The notes under the pieces: generated by a model | What the model saw: the letters and a program-made list of their open reading frames with translations, nothing else | Database searches by the model: none | What the model was told of the DNA's origin: nothing | Source of the DNA: Octopus sinensis | Lineage: Eukaryota | Reading direction: 5' to 3' | Length of the DNA stretch: 64,000 nt | Assembly (NCBI RefSeq): GCF_006345805.1 | Contig: NC_043006.1 | Span: 61,008,001-61,072,000, forward strand | In this document: piece after piece, positions 13,516-25,725 of the stretch | How the letters are laid out: the number at the start of each line of letters is the position of its first letter | Numbering within the stretch: position 1 is the first letter of the stretch | Translations under genes and position numbers: made by a program

Positions 13516-13953
13516 TTCACGCACAGGTATAAATGCGGGGGGTACACGCGCACGGCATGTGCGTGTACCCCCTCACATGTACATATGCATGCTAGTTGGG
13601 CTCGATATGTGCAACGGTGTAATCGCGCCCGCATACATGCAGATGGGCGAACTGCACAATCAAAATACGCACACGTGTGTGTGTGCGTTCCTTGGTTGTG
13701 CAGTTCACCCATCTGGGTGTGAGTGGGTGTAATCGTATTGCTATGGATGTCGAGCTTGAAACGTATGTATATGAGTGTGTATTGGGGGGTTGTACGTATT
13801 TGTTGTGTGCATGTGCTTCACGCACGTGCGTCCGTGTATGGATGAATATATTGGGATTACTATGTGGGTGTAAATTGGGTATGGAGGGGGGAGTTTTGTC
13901 ATTGTATGGGTGTGGGTTTCATTTGTGATAGTGGTTTGCTGGTGATTTTTGGT
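13516..13953 (-). repeat. Inverted copy of the element's 3' internal segment 20230-20667
   Basis: Both segments are 438 bp, near-identical in reverse complement. The inversion junction is at 13953/13954. Confidence 0.92.
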
Positions 13954-16900
13954 GAGGCTAATACGTAGCGCTGTGGAGGCGAACGTCGTTGAAATTGTGA
14001 ATGAATGGGTGGAGTTGGGAATTGTAACCGGGTGGTGGGCTAGCGTTGCTTAGAATTGGGAATGGAATAGTGTAGTAGTAAGGCAGGCATCGAGAATAGA
14101 CTTGGGTTACTGCAAATTGCTTGTTAGAGCTGCTAAGATGAGCTAAAGCTCATAAATGTATATAATAATTTATCATGGTAGTTTTATTAAAGAATCCATT
14201 CATAATAAATTTTTTAAGTAGTGTTGGTTTGCCACGTGGATATAGTTTTAGTTCCATTTATTCTATTTCTCCATTCATAATTTTAAATGACGTTTACTTT
14301 CCATGGCGCGTATTCTTTTTATACATAAGTTATATTTCTATGGTAACGTAATTTTGGTTTGATTTTTTTAACGGCTTAGAATTTAATTTCACTTCATAAT
14401 TTGAAACTGACTTTTAAGTATGTATTTTATTTCTCCTTATGTCATATTGTTATTTTTGATATTCTGGTTAATTACGATGTATTTAATGTTGTTTTCCATT
14501 GGAGTGTTTATGTATATGAGATTGTGTGTGAGTTTTTAGTTGTATAATTTATTTATCTGTATGAGTGTGGGTGTGTAAATATTGTTGTATATATTGAGTT
14601 TAGTGAGTATGTATATGCGTATATGTGAGGGGGTATATGTATCTGTCGTGTGTGTGTGTTTTGCGTGTGTGTTTGTTTGTGTGTGAATGTGTATATGGGT
14701 TTGTTATTTAGGTTTGGGGATGTATGTGTTAATTTGTCTGTGTGGGGAGGGAGTGGGTTTTTGGTGTATATTGAGGTTTATAAGTTAGTATAGGTATGTG
14801 TGAGTGAGGTGGGTATTTGTATAAGTCGTGGGTGTGTGGTTTACGTGTGTGTATTTGTGTGTGAATGTTTAGGTTAGGGGGATTGCTATATAGGTTTGTT
14901 ATAGAGTTTAGCAAAGGGAGATTTTATCGTTATATGTTTTTAAGAGTTTTGGTTTATCATGGTTTTTTTTAGGGAATTCGTGGTAACTTGTCTATTTTCG
15001 ATGTTGGTTGTTTTATTACATTGTTTCATTCATAATTTTTGAGTGGTGTTCGTTTTGCCACGTGAATATTATTTTTAATTCCATTTATTCCATTTCTCTA
15101 TTCATTATTTTAAAAGATGTTCGTTTCCAGAGCGGTAATACTTTTTATACATATGTTAAGTTCCTTGGTAACGTAATTTTTTTTGGTGTATATGTTGAGG
15201 CTTATATGTACTTGTGGGTGTGTGTGAGTGGGGTGGGTGTTTGTATTTGTTATGGGTGTGTGGTTTACGTGTGTGTATTTGTGTGTGAATGTATAGGTTA
15301 AAGGGATTGCTATATAAGTATGTTATAGTGTTTAGTAAATGGAGGTTTTATCATTTATGTTTTTGTGAGTTTTAGCTTATCATGGTAGTTTTATAAAATA
15401 ATCCATTCATAATTTTTTTAAAATAATGTTGGTTTACCGCGTGTATATAATTTTTAATTCCATTTATTCTATTTCTCCATTCATAATTTTAAGTGAGGTT
15501 TGCTTCCATAGCGCGTATTCTTTTTATACATAAGTTATGTTCCTATGGTAACGTAATTTGGTTTGATGTTTTTAAGGGATTAGAATTTAATTTCACTTCA
15601 TAATTTGAAACTGACTTGAAAGTATGTATATTATTTCTCCTTATGTCATATTATTATTTTTGATATTCTGGTTACTTACGATGTATTTTATATATCGTAT
15701 TATGTGTAATAATGTTGTTTTTCTTTGGAGTGTGTATGTATGTGGGATTGTGTGTGAGTGTGTGCGTATTTTGGTTGTGTAGTTTGTTTATCTGTATGAA
15801 TGTGGGTGTGTTAATATTGTTGTATATGTCGAGTTTGGTGAGCATGTATACGTATATGGTGTGTGTTTTATGTATGTATATTTGTGTGTGAATGTGTTTA
15901 TGGGTTTGCTATTTAGGTTTGTGGATGTATGTGTTTATTTGTCTGTGTGGAGTTGAGTGGGTTTTTGGAGTATTTGTTGAGGTTTATATGTATGTATAGG
16001 TATGTGTAAGTGGTGTGGGTATTTGTATATGTCGTGGGTGTGTGGTTTACGTGTGTGTATTTGTGTGTGAATGTTTAGGTTAGGGGGATTGCTATATAGG
16101 TATGTTATAGAGTTTAGTAAAGGGAGATTTTATCATTATATGTTTTTATGAGTTTTGGTTTATCATGGTAGGTTTGTTAAGGAATTCGTAGTAATTTGTG
16201 TCTATTTGCGATGTCTGTTGTTTTATTGCATTGTTTCATTCATAATTTTTAAGGAGTGTTCGTTTTACCAAGTGAATATAATTCTTAATTCCATTTATTC
16301 CATTTCTCCGTTCATAATTTTAAGTGATGTCCGTTTCTAGAGCGGGAATGTGGGTTGTATGTGTGTGTGTGGGAGTATGAATAAGTATTGTGTTGAAGTA
16401 TTTAGCTATTTTATTTATTTATAGTTGCCTAGACGTTTTTATGTGTATGTATAGGGATATATATATAGGTGTGTGATTTAGTGTATGTAGTTAGATATGG
16501 TTATATATATTAGTTATATGTGTATGGGTGTATATATAGTTTATTATTATATTATTATTATTTTTTGTTTTGTTTTATATTTTATATTTTATATTTTATA
16601 TTTTATATTTTATATTTAATTGTTGATAGGTTTTTTTGAGTTTATATATTGTTTATATATTGATTATATATGGGTTATATATAGGTTATATATGGATTAT
16701 ATATTTATATTTTTTCATTAATACTTTAATTATTTTAAAATTATTATTTTTATATTTTAAAATATTGATATTTTAGATTGGAAGTCCACCTGAAGATTGT
16801 CGATCAAGACAAGAAACAATTGTAGTGGCGGTTTTTTTGACTATTTATTAAAATTTTATGTATTGATTAAGTCTTTCCTTGTTTGTTTTGCAAAATAGTG

Positions 16901-17012
16901 GTTTTGTCTCTAATAATATTTTATAATATTTTACTATAAAATTGGATTTAATCCTAAATCTGATTTTTTCCCTGTAAATTTGGATTTATTCCCTAATATT
17001 TATTATTTTATA
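13954..17012 (+). repeat. Upstream pLTR region containing a diverged ~1.2-kb internal tandem duplication
   Basis: TTATCATGGT-anchored subunits lie at ~14171, 14955, 15378 and 16160 (spacings 1207 and 1205). The outer parts match the downstream pLTR. Confidence 0.85.
16786..16828 (+). ncRNA. Minimal type I hammerhead ribozyme (5' pLTR)
   Basis: CCAC-CTGAAGA-TTGTC gatcaa GACAA-GAAA-C AATT G-TA-GTGG. Stem I CCAC/GTGG, 5-bp stem II, palindromic stem III ACAATTGT. GUA cleavage after 16824, ~236 nt upstream of the ATG. Confidence 0.92.
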
Positions 17013-17060
17013 ATATTGATAATTTTGTATATTGAGTGTAATACCTCAATTTCGTAAATT

Positions 17061-19582
17061 ATGGATTTTACAGGTAAGATAGAACCGCTGTTTTGGGATT
17101 CATCTTTGAAAGATATTCCTATTCCTTTTAGAAAGGAATTTATGTTGAAACTTGTTAATAATGTTAAAGATTTTATTTCTAGAATTAAATGGAAAGCTTT
17201 TTACTATAATTTTTATTTATTTAATGATATTGATAGTAGGAATGATAATTTTACCTCTAAAATAAATCTAGAAAGGAACCTCCATTTAATAAAGAATTAC
17301 AATTACTTGAAGATAGTATATGGAAGGTGGTAATAAATATTGAATTCCATAAATACCCAAATAGAAATAATGAATATTTAAGGAATTTAGCAATTAAAAT
17401 TAAAGATATGAGAAATATGGATGGTATTATAGTACAATCTGATAAAACAAGGAACCTATATAAATTAGATGTTAAATTATATGATAAACTATTAGGGAAA
17501 GAAATAATTAAAAAATATAAAATTGTTCCAGATGATATTCTTTATAATATTAATAAGGCCTCTTAAGTAGTAATGTTAAAATATGAGTTGGATAATAAAA
17601 CTGAACCTTATGTACCTTTGCACCCCAGAATTACTCTTAAAGACCATAAAGATAATTTTTATTCAGACCCTAAAGTTAGATTAATTTGCCCATGTAAATC
17701 GGACCTAGGTAAATTAAGTAAATTTATTTTAGATAAATATATTGATAAGTTAAATTAACTTAATTATTTAAAATTATGGTTTAGTAATAATAATACATTG
17801 AAATGGTTTAATAATATTAAAGATAAAAATCGTTTTAAATTTATTCAAATAGATATAGATAATTATTATTCTTCTATTAATGAATTTGTGTTTAATAAAG
17901 CGCTTTTTTTCGCAATGAATAAAGTGGGTATGTCACGGGAAGAAGTTAATGTAATTAAAATGGCTAGGAAATCGCTAATTAAATATAAAAATAAATTATG
18001 GGCTAGGAATGATACTAGAGATTGTTTTGATATACCTATGGGAGCCCCAGATTCTGCACAGGCTACTGATTTAGTAGGTATTTTTCTTTTATCTGAACTC
18101 CAATTAGAAAATCTTAAGATAGAGGGTGGTTTATATAGAGACGATCTTCTACTAGTTACAAAGAATTGTACTAATAGGAATCTAGAAGTATATAAGAAAA
18201 AACTATATAGTTTCTTTAAAAGATATGGTTTAAGTATTACTATATATAAGGAGAATTATAATGTTAATTATTTAGATGTTAATTTTAATCTTATTACAGG
18301 TAAAACACAACCATATCATAAACTTAATGAGAACCTTAGATATATAAATGTTAATAGTAATCACCCATTTTCTATTAAAAAATCGTTGATTAATAATATA
18401 AGTAAACGTATTTCATTACTCTCTTATGATATAGAGATTTTTAATAAACATGCTAATTATTATAATGAGGCCCTTAGAGGGGCAGGTTATAATATGAATA
18501 TTAAATTTTATAATATTAGTGATAAAGATTTAAATGATAATTTTCGAGATACTTCTAATAATAATTATAATTTTGTTAGGTTTAGTGGTAAAAATAATAG
18601 ATATTATAAAAAAAATAATAAAAATGATAAAAATATAAATAAGAATAATAATAATAATAATAATAAATATAATAATAATAATAATACAAATAAGAATAAT
18701 AAAAATAAAAATAAATTTAATAATTATTATAATAATTATATTGATAAAATTAATAATATTAATAATTCATTAAATGCTGTACATAGATATAATTCTGATA
18801 ATAATTTTAATAAAATAAAGAATTATAAATATATTTATAATAATGATAATAATAATAAGGTTAATAAGAATAAAATTTGGTTAATAGTTCCTTATGGAGA
18901 TCAAGTAAAAACTAATATTATTAAAGAGATTTTAGATGTTATAGAACTATTTATTAGAGATAATCGTAAATATAGAAACATTTTCTCTTTTAATAATTTT
19001 GGAGTAGGTTATTCTACCACTAATAATGTTGGTAACATTATTTCTTCATTTAATAAATATAAACTGAATAATTTTTATAAAAAGAAATTATTTGATAATA
19101 ATATTAATAATGATAAGACTTATATTAATTGTACATGTAGAGATAAATCTAATTGTATATTAAATAATAATTGTGATATTAACGATGTAGTGTATAAATG
19201 TATAGTTACATTACATGATAATAACTTTAAGAATAATAATTACCCAAAAGCGGTTTATATAGGTTCTACTTCCTCAAAAATAAAACTAAGAATCGCACAT
19301 CATATGAATTCTTTTAAAAATAAAAACTTAATCAACTCAATCGGACTTAGTAAGTACATTTGGAGTCTTAAATCACTAAATATTAATTATAGTTTAATTT
19401 GGGAAATAATTTATAAAACTAAATCATATACTATAGGAGCTAATTGTTGTTATTTATGCTCTAATGAGTTTAAAGAAATTTTATTTTATAAGTATGATAA
19501 TTTACTTAATACTGGTGAAGAGCGCAAAATAAAATGCAGACATAAGTTACTTTACCTATATAATAAGTTTCATGATAAATAG
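17061..19582 (+). pseudogene. Penelope-like (Naiad-type) reverse transcriptase / GIY-YIG endonuclease, ~840 codons, disabled
   Basis: N-terminus SLKDIPIP..FISRIKWKA and KSRKEPP. RT motifs QIDIDNYYSSI, PMGAPDS, GLYRDD (18134-18145), YLDV and YINVNSNHP. Cys motif CTCRDKSNCILNNNC; VVYKC..VYIGST..KLRIAHH; CYLC..E; LLN..E..KCRH. Disabled by a 1-bp deletion in an A-run at ~17260 and in-frame TAA at 17564 and 17756. Confidence 0.93.
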
Positions 19583-20790
19583 CATTAATAGTTCCCTATT
19601 AGGTTACTTTAGTTTAGTTTAAATTAGTTTAGATAATTATATTTATTTGATTATGTAGTCTAGGCTTTAATTATAGTTAGTCTTTATTGATATTTCTTTG
19701 TTTTAATTAGTTCATTTTTAATGTGTATTAATATAACAGTTTATGGTATGTTAAAACTTTAATAATTTATATTAGATTTTTTTATTTTCTTTATTTATAT
19801 ATTTTTTTATTTTTATTTTATTTTATTATGTATTTTTATTATGCATTTGTTATATGCATTTTGGAGGATATATTTATATGTTGATGGGTGTTATTTAGTG
19901 GTGTATTTATTGAGTTTTGTATGTATGTGTGAATGTTTACGATCCCTTTGTTTTTTATTTGGTATGTTGAATTGACAGATTTTATTTGGGTATTGTCTGT
20001 TATAATAAAGTACACACACCCATAACAAATATAAGTGCCCACTTCATTCGCGCGTACCTGGAATTGCATGTGAGCCTCAACATATACACCAAACGGCCAC
20101 TCCCGCCCCACACGGACAAATAAACACATACATCCCCAAAAATGGGCGTAATCCCACTCACACCAATCATATATGTATACAATTATACACACTAGAATAA
20201 TACATAACTAACCCAAATATACAGAACATACCAAAAATCACCAACAAGCCACTATCACAAATGAAACCCACACCCATACAATGACAAAACTCCCCCCTCC
20301 ATACCCAATTTACACCCACATAGCAATCCCAATATATTCATCCATACACGGACGCACGTGCGTGAAGCACATGCACACAACAAATACGTACAACCCCCCA
20401 ATACACACTCATATACATACGTTTCAAGCTCGACATCCACAGCAATACGATTACACCCACTCACACCCAGATGGGTGAACTGCACAACCAAGGAACGCAC
20501 ACACACACGTGTGCGTATTTTGATTGTGCAGTTCGCCCATCTGCATGTATGCGGGCGCGATTACACGGTTGCACATATCGAGCCCAACTAGCATGCATAT
20601 GTACATGTGAGGGGGTACACGCACATGCCGTGCGCGTGTACCCCCCGCATTTATACCTGTGCGTGAATATACACATGGAGACTACCACACAGGTACAAAT
20701 GTGTATAGTAAAAGGAGCCCCATCACTACATTCAATGTATACTCTCACCCATCCGCACGGATGTGAAAGCGAATCACCGGTGTATATATT

Positions 20791-22638
20791 GAGGCTAATA
20801 CGTAGCGCTGTGGAGGCGAACGTCGTTGAAATTGTGAATGAATGGGTGGAGTTGGGAATTGTAACCGGGTGGTGGGCTAGCGTTGCTTAGATTTGGGAAT
20901 GGAATAGTGTAGTAGTAAGGCAGGCATCGAGAATAGACTTGGGTTACTGCAAATTGTTTGTTAGAGCTGCTAAGATGAGCTAAAGCTCATAAATGTATAT
21001 AATAATTTATCATGGTAGTTTTATTAAAGAATCCATTCATAATAAATTTTTTTAAGTAGTGTTGGTTTGCCACGTGGATATAGATTTTAGTTCCATTTAT
21101 TCTATTTCTCCATTCATAATTTTAAATGACGTTTACTTTCCATGGCGCGTATTCTTTTTATACATAAGTTATATTTCTATGGTAACGTAATTTTGGTTTG
21201 ATTTTTTTAACGGCTTAGAATTTAATTTCACTTCATAATTTGAAACTGACTTTTAAGTATGTATTTAATTTCTCCTTATGTCATATTGTTATTTTTGATA
21301 TTCTGGTTAATTACGATGTATTTAATGTTGTTTTTCATTGGAGTGTTTATGTATATGAGATTGTGTGTGAGTTTTTAGTTGTATAATTTATTTATCTGTA
21401 TGAGTGTGGGTGTGTAAATATTGTTGTATATATCGAGTTTAGTGAGTATGTATATGCGTATATGTGAGGGAGTATATGTATCTGTTGTGTGTGTGTGTTT
21501 TGCGTGTGTGTTTGTTTGTGTGTGAATATGTATATGGGTTTGTTATTTAGGTTTGGGGATGTATGTGTTAATTTGTCTGTGTGGGGAGGGAGTGGGTTTT
21601 TGGTGTATATTGAGGTTTATAAGTTAGTATAGGTATGTGTGAGTGAGGTGGGTATTTGTATAAGTCGTGGGTGTGTGGTTTACGTGTGTGTATTTGTGTG
21701 TGAATGTTTAGGTTAGGGGGATTGCTATATAGGTATGTTATAGAGTTTAGTAAAGGGAGATTTTATCATTATATGTTTTTATGAGTTTTGGTTTATCATG
21801 GTAGGTTTGTTAAGGAATTCGTAGTAATTTGTGTCTATTGCGATGTCTGTTGTTTTATTGCATTGTTTCATTCATAATTTTTAAGTAGTGTTCGTTTTAC
21901 CAAGTGAATATAATTTTTAATTCCATTTATTCCATTTCTCCGTTCATAATTTTAAGTGATGTCCGTTTCTAGAGCGGGAATGTGGGTTGTATGTGTGTGT
22001 GTGGGAGTATGAATAAGTATTGTGTTGAAGTATTTAGCTATTTTATTTATTTATAGTTGCCTAGACGTTTTTATGTGTATGTATAGGGATATATATATAG
22101 GTGTGTAATTTAGTGTATGTAGTTAGATATGATTATATATAATTAGTTATATGTGTATGGGTGTATATATAGTTTATTATTATATTATTATTATTTTTTG
22201 TTTTGTTTTATATTTTATATTTTATATTTTATATTTTATATTTAATTGTTGATAGGTTTTTTTTAGTTTATATATTGTTTATATATTGATTATATATGGA
22301 TTATATATAGGTTATATATGGATTATATATTTATATTTTATCATTAATACTTTAATTATTTTAAAATTATTATTTTTATATTTTAAAATATTGATATTTT
22401 AGATTGGAAGTCCACCTGAAGATTGTCGATCAAGACAAGAAACAATTGTAGTGGCGGTTTTTTTGACTATTTATTAAAATTTTATGTATTGATTAAGTCT
22501 TTCCTTGTTTGTTTTGCAAAATAGTGGTTTTGTCTCTAATAATATTTTATAATATTTTACTATAAAATTGGATTTAATCCTAAATCTGATTTTTTCCCTG
22601 TAAATTTGGATTTATTCCCTAATATTTATTATTTTATA
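20791..22638 (+). repeat. 3' pLTR
   Basis: Direct repeat of 13954-14905 joined to ~16100-17012. The match ends AATATTTATTATTTTATA at 22638, followed by (TA)n. Confidence 0.9.
22412..22454 (+). ncRNA. Minimal type I hammerhead ribozyme (3' pLTR)
   Basis: Identical to 16786-16828; cleavage after 22450. Confidence 0.92.
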
Positions 22639-22791
22639 TATTTATATATATATTTATATATATATATGTGTGTGTGTGTGAGTGTGTGTGTGTGTGTGTG
22701 TGTATGCATAAAAAGAAAAAGTATGATAAAAATTACTCTGGAAACGCAATATGTCTATTTCAAGTACCAATAATGTACTCCAGATATATAC

Positions 22792-22840
<49 letters not shown>

Positions 22841-22846
<6 letters not shown>

Positions 22847-23351
22847 ACACACACATGCACGTACTTATAGAAATATATTCACACTGATTAATATAGTGTC
22901 TCTAGTATCTCTATGTATATACTTATATATACACACACGTTCATATACATTCGCAAATATACATACACCCACATATAAAATTACATGCATATATAAATAT
23001 ATATGTGTGGTGTGTGTCTATCTCTCTCTATATATATACATAGATATGCATATACATGCACTTGAAAATCGAAAAAAACGCAAACTTACATACCTCAATA
23101 CATATACGCATACATATACATATATTCCATTCACATCCAAATACCGATAAACAGATGCACAAGTTAAATATATACTCGTAAGAGCATATACATATTAAAT
23201 ATTCTATAATGTAATTAAAATGAATTCTATAAAATTTACAGGGGGTTATTAATTTTCCTGCCTATGGATGAACCGAGAAAAAATTAGTAATTTGCAAAAA
23301 TAATAATAGAGAAACGTATATTCTAAAGTGTACTTATACCACACACATATG

Positions 23352-23383
<32 letters not shown>

Positions 23384-23895
23384 CAATACACACACATGCA
23401 CGTACTTATAGAAATATATTCACAGTGATTAATATAGTGTCTCTAGTATCTCTATGTATATACTTATATATACACACACGTTCATATACATTCGCAAATA
23501 TACATACACCCACATATAAAATTACATGCATATATAAATATATATGTGTGTGTGTGTGTGTCTATCTCTCTCTATATATATACATAGATATGCATATACA
23601 TGCACTTGAAAATCGAAAAAAACGCAAACTTACATACCTCAATACATATACGCATACATATACATATATTCCATTCACATCCAAATACCGATAAACAGAT
23701 GCACAAGTTAAATATATACTCGTAAGAGCATATACACATTAAATATTCTATAATGTAATTAAAATGAATTCTATAAAATTTACAGGGGGTTATTAATTTT
23801 CCTGCCTATGGATGAACCGAGAAAAAATTAGTAATTTGCAAAAATAATAATAGAGAAACGTATATTCTAAAGTGTACTTATACCACACACATATG
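22841..23895. repeat. Two-copy tandem duplication, period ~541 bp
   Basis: 22841-23353 is approximately 23382-23895, near-identical and separated by a TA run. Confidence 0.9.
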
Positions 23896-25725
23896 TATAT
23901 ATATATATATATATATACACACATTCACACATACATACATATACATACACTTTTACTCTTTCAAAAAATATACATTCTAAAATGCATCTGATCATTGACG
24001 TATTATCTATAGGTATTTCATGCATAAACAAGAATATACATTTTTTTAATTATCTAATGGATCCATATAGGTTATTATATGTGCAGGCATTTAATTTGGC
24101 TATAATTCAATTAGGTAATTTTGTCTATTGAGCTATTATAGATTTATAAGTTAGAATTCTTCAATTGTATTGTTCAATTTAGTAATTAATATATAATGCG
24201 ATTTTATATCTATAGTTTAAAAAATATGGTTATATTATTTTAAAGTATATGGTTATATTATTATAACATACATGTTTTTAAAAAGTGATGATGTGTGGCG
24301 TCAAATCTCATGTATAAGTCACTTCAGTTTAATAAAAAGGTACCAACAAGAAAAACTTTTTCATTTCTCATGTTAACAAGGTTCCCTTTTCTTTGCATTA
24401 TTCTATAAGTTTCCTCTTGGCACAATGTAGAGAATTTATTGTTAATTTCGTATAAGTCTAAAATACAAAATATTCCATTTGATTGTGTAGGTTTTCAGAT
24501 ACCAAATTTTCTTTGAAAGTCGAGTACTATTCATTTTGTTTTGGAACTTAAAAGTCGATTCGTGATTCGCTATTCTTAATTTAACCCAATTCTGTCTAGA
24601 TCAAATATAACAAATCTTGATTATATCTTATGCGATTATTGTTACCTGGTATACAACATGTTTGTCTTTTTCAATCCCTGTCCAACTTGCATTTATGTGG
24701 ATCTCTGAAATTACAGCTTATATTTTGTCTACATAAAGAAATATTATTATGCTTCGTAGATTTATATAAGTGATTGTATAGGTATTTTTATTGTTAAAAT
24801 TATTATTCATACTATTTTGTTCTACTCTTTTGTTGTGTGCTTTACTTTCTATTTGTTTGTTTTTTTCATAGATTAAATCCAGTTTTCTATTATTAAACGA
24901 AGAGATTATCCTAAAAAGGTTGGGACAGACAGAAAATCTGAATCTTATATGTTTGATATTAAATATTTTTACATATTTAGAATTTTAAAAATTTTTGTTT
25001 ATAATCACTGTAATGGAATTAATAACATTTGTCTTTAATTATTTAGCTACATTTATAATTGAACCTTACGAAATACGTACAAACTAGAGTAGATACGTAT
25101 TAAAACGGAATCACTTACTTCATTGTCATAGAATTTAATAATGTAGAATTGAGTTATATTACAAGTTGAAAAATAATCCCTGGGTGGAATCTATAACCAT
25201 TTTAATGCATCGCTACTCGTTTCCACGACTTGCAGTTGTCTTAAAATCACAGTCCGTATTCCAGAGCTGATTACAATGTAGTCCGTAGTATTCGTGGGCA
25301 GATTCATTTCCTCAGGCGATACAATATTAATGGATGTTTAGCTGAGGGATGTTTATTCCTTTTGACCAGTGAACTGTTTGATTGAGTTAAGTGAGTATTG
25401 TTTTATGGTATTGTTTTATGGGTTTGGAGTTGTGTATGGTGATGTTGGTCATATTTTGCTGTTCAGTCTGCAGATGTCAAGGATGGATAAAACATACCTT
25501 TGTTCAATCATGACTATCTTCACTGACATCTCAAGCAAATAGTTTAGCAGGTAGAGCCACTACAGCCATCACCAGTTGGAGTTCGTTGTCCCTACATTAT
25601 ATCTGTACAACTCAATTCAGGCCTCAAAAATTGGTTCACCACTCAGCATCATTAAACAGTGGGTACTTTATTTGCATATTGAAAACATTTCCCGGAAACA
25701 AATTTAAAAGATATATGTATATATA

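Larger units (their letters stand above)
12271..22638 (+). mobile_element. Penelope-like retroelement (Naiad-type) with inverted 5' copy and long direct terminal repeats
   Basis: RT + C-terminal GIY-YIG ORF at 17061-19582. Direct repeats 13954-14905 = 20791-21740 and ~16100-17012 = ~21735-22638. Inverted copy at 12271-13953. Three hammerheads. Both ends abut TA microsatellites. Confidence 0.93.

Noticed and set aside
17564-17758. Selenocysteine or other recoding of the in-frame stops (some Naiad elements encode selenoproteins)
   Set aside because: Both stops are TAA, not TGA, and do not fall at Cys positions. Gln is encoded by CAA/CAG elsewhere in the ORF. A-to-I conversion to Trp would not restore a conserved W. 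Simple nonsense mutation is more parsimonious.
13464-20890. ORFs conserved between 13464-13928 and 20255-20890 as an accessory PLE gene
   Set aside because: Conservation simply reflects recent duplication. The ORFs are short, overlap on both strands and mirror GT-rich composition; no domain is recognisable.
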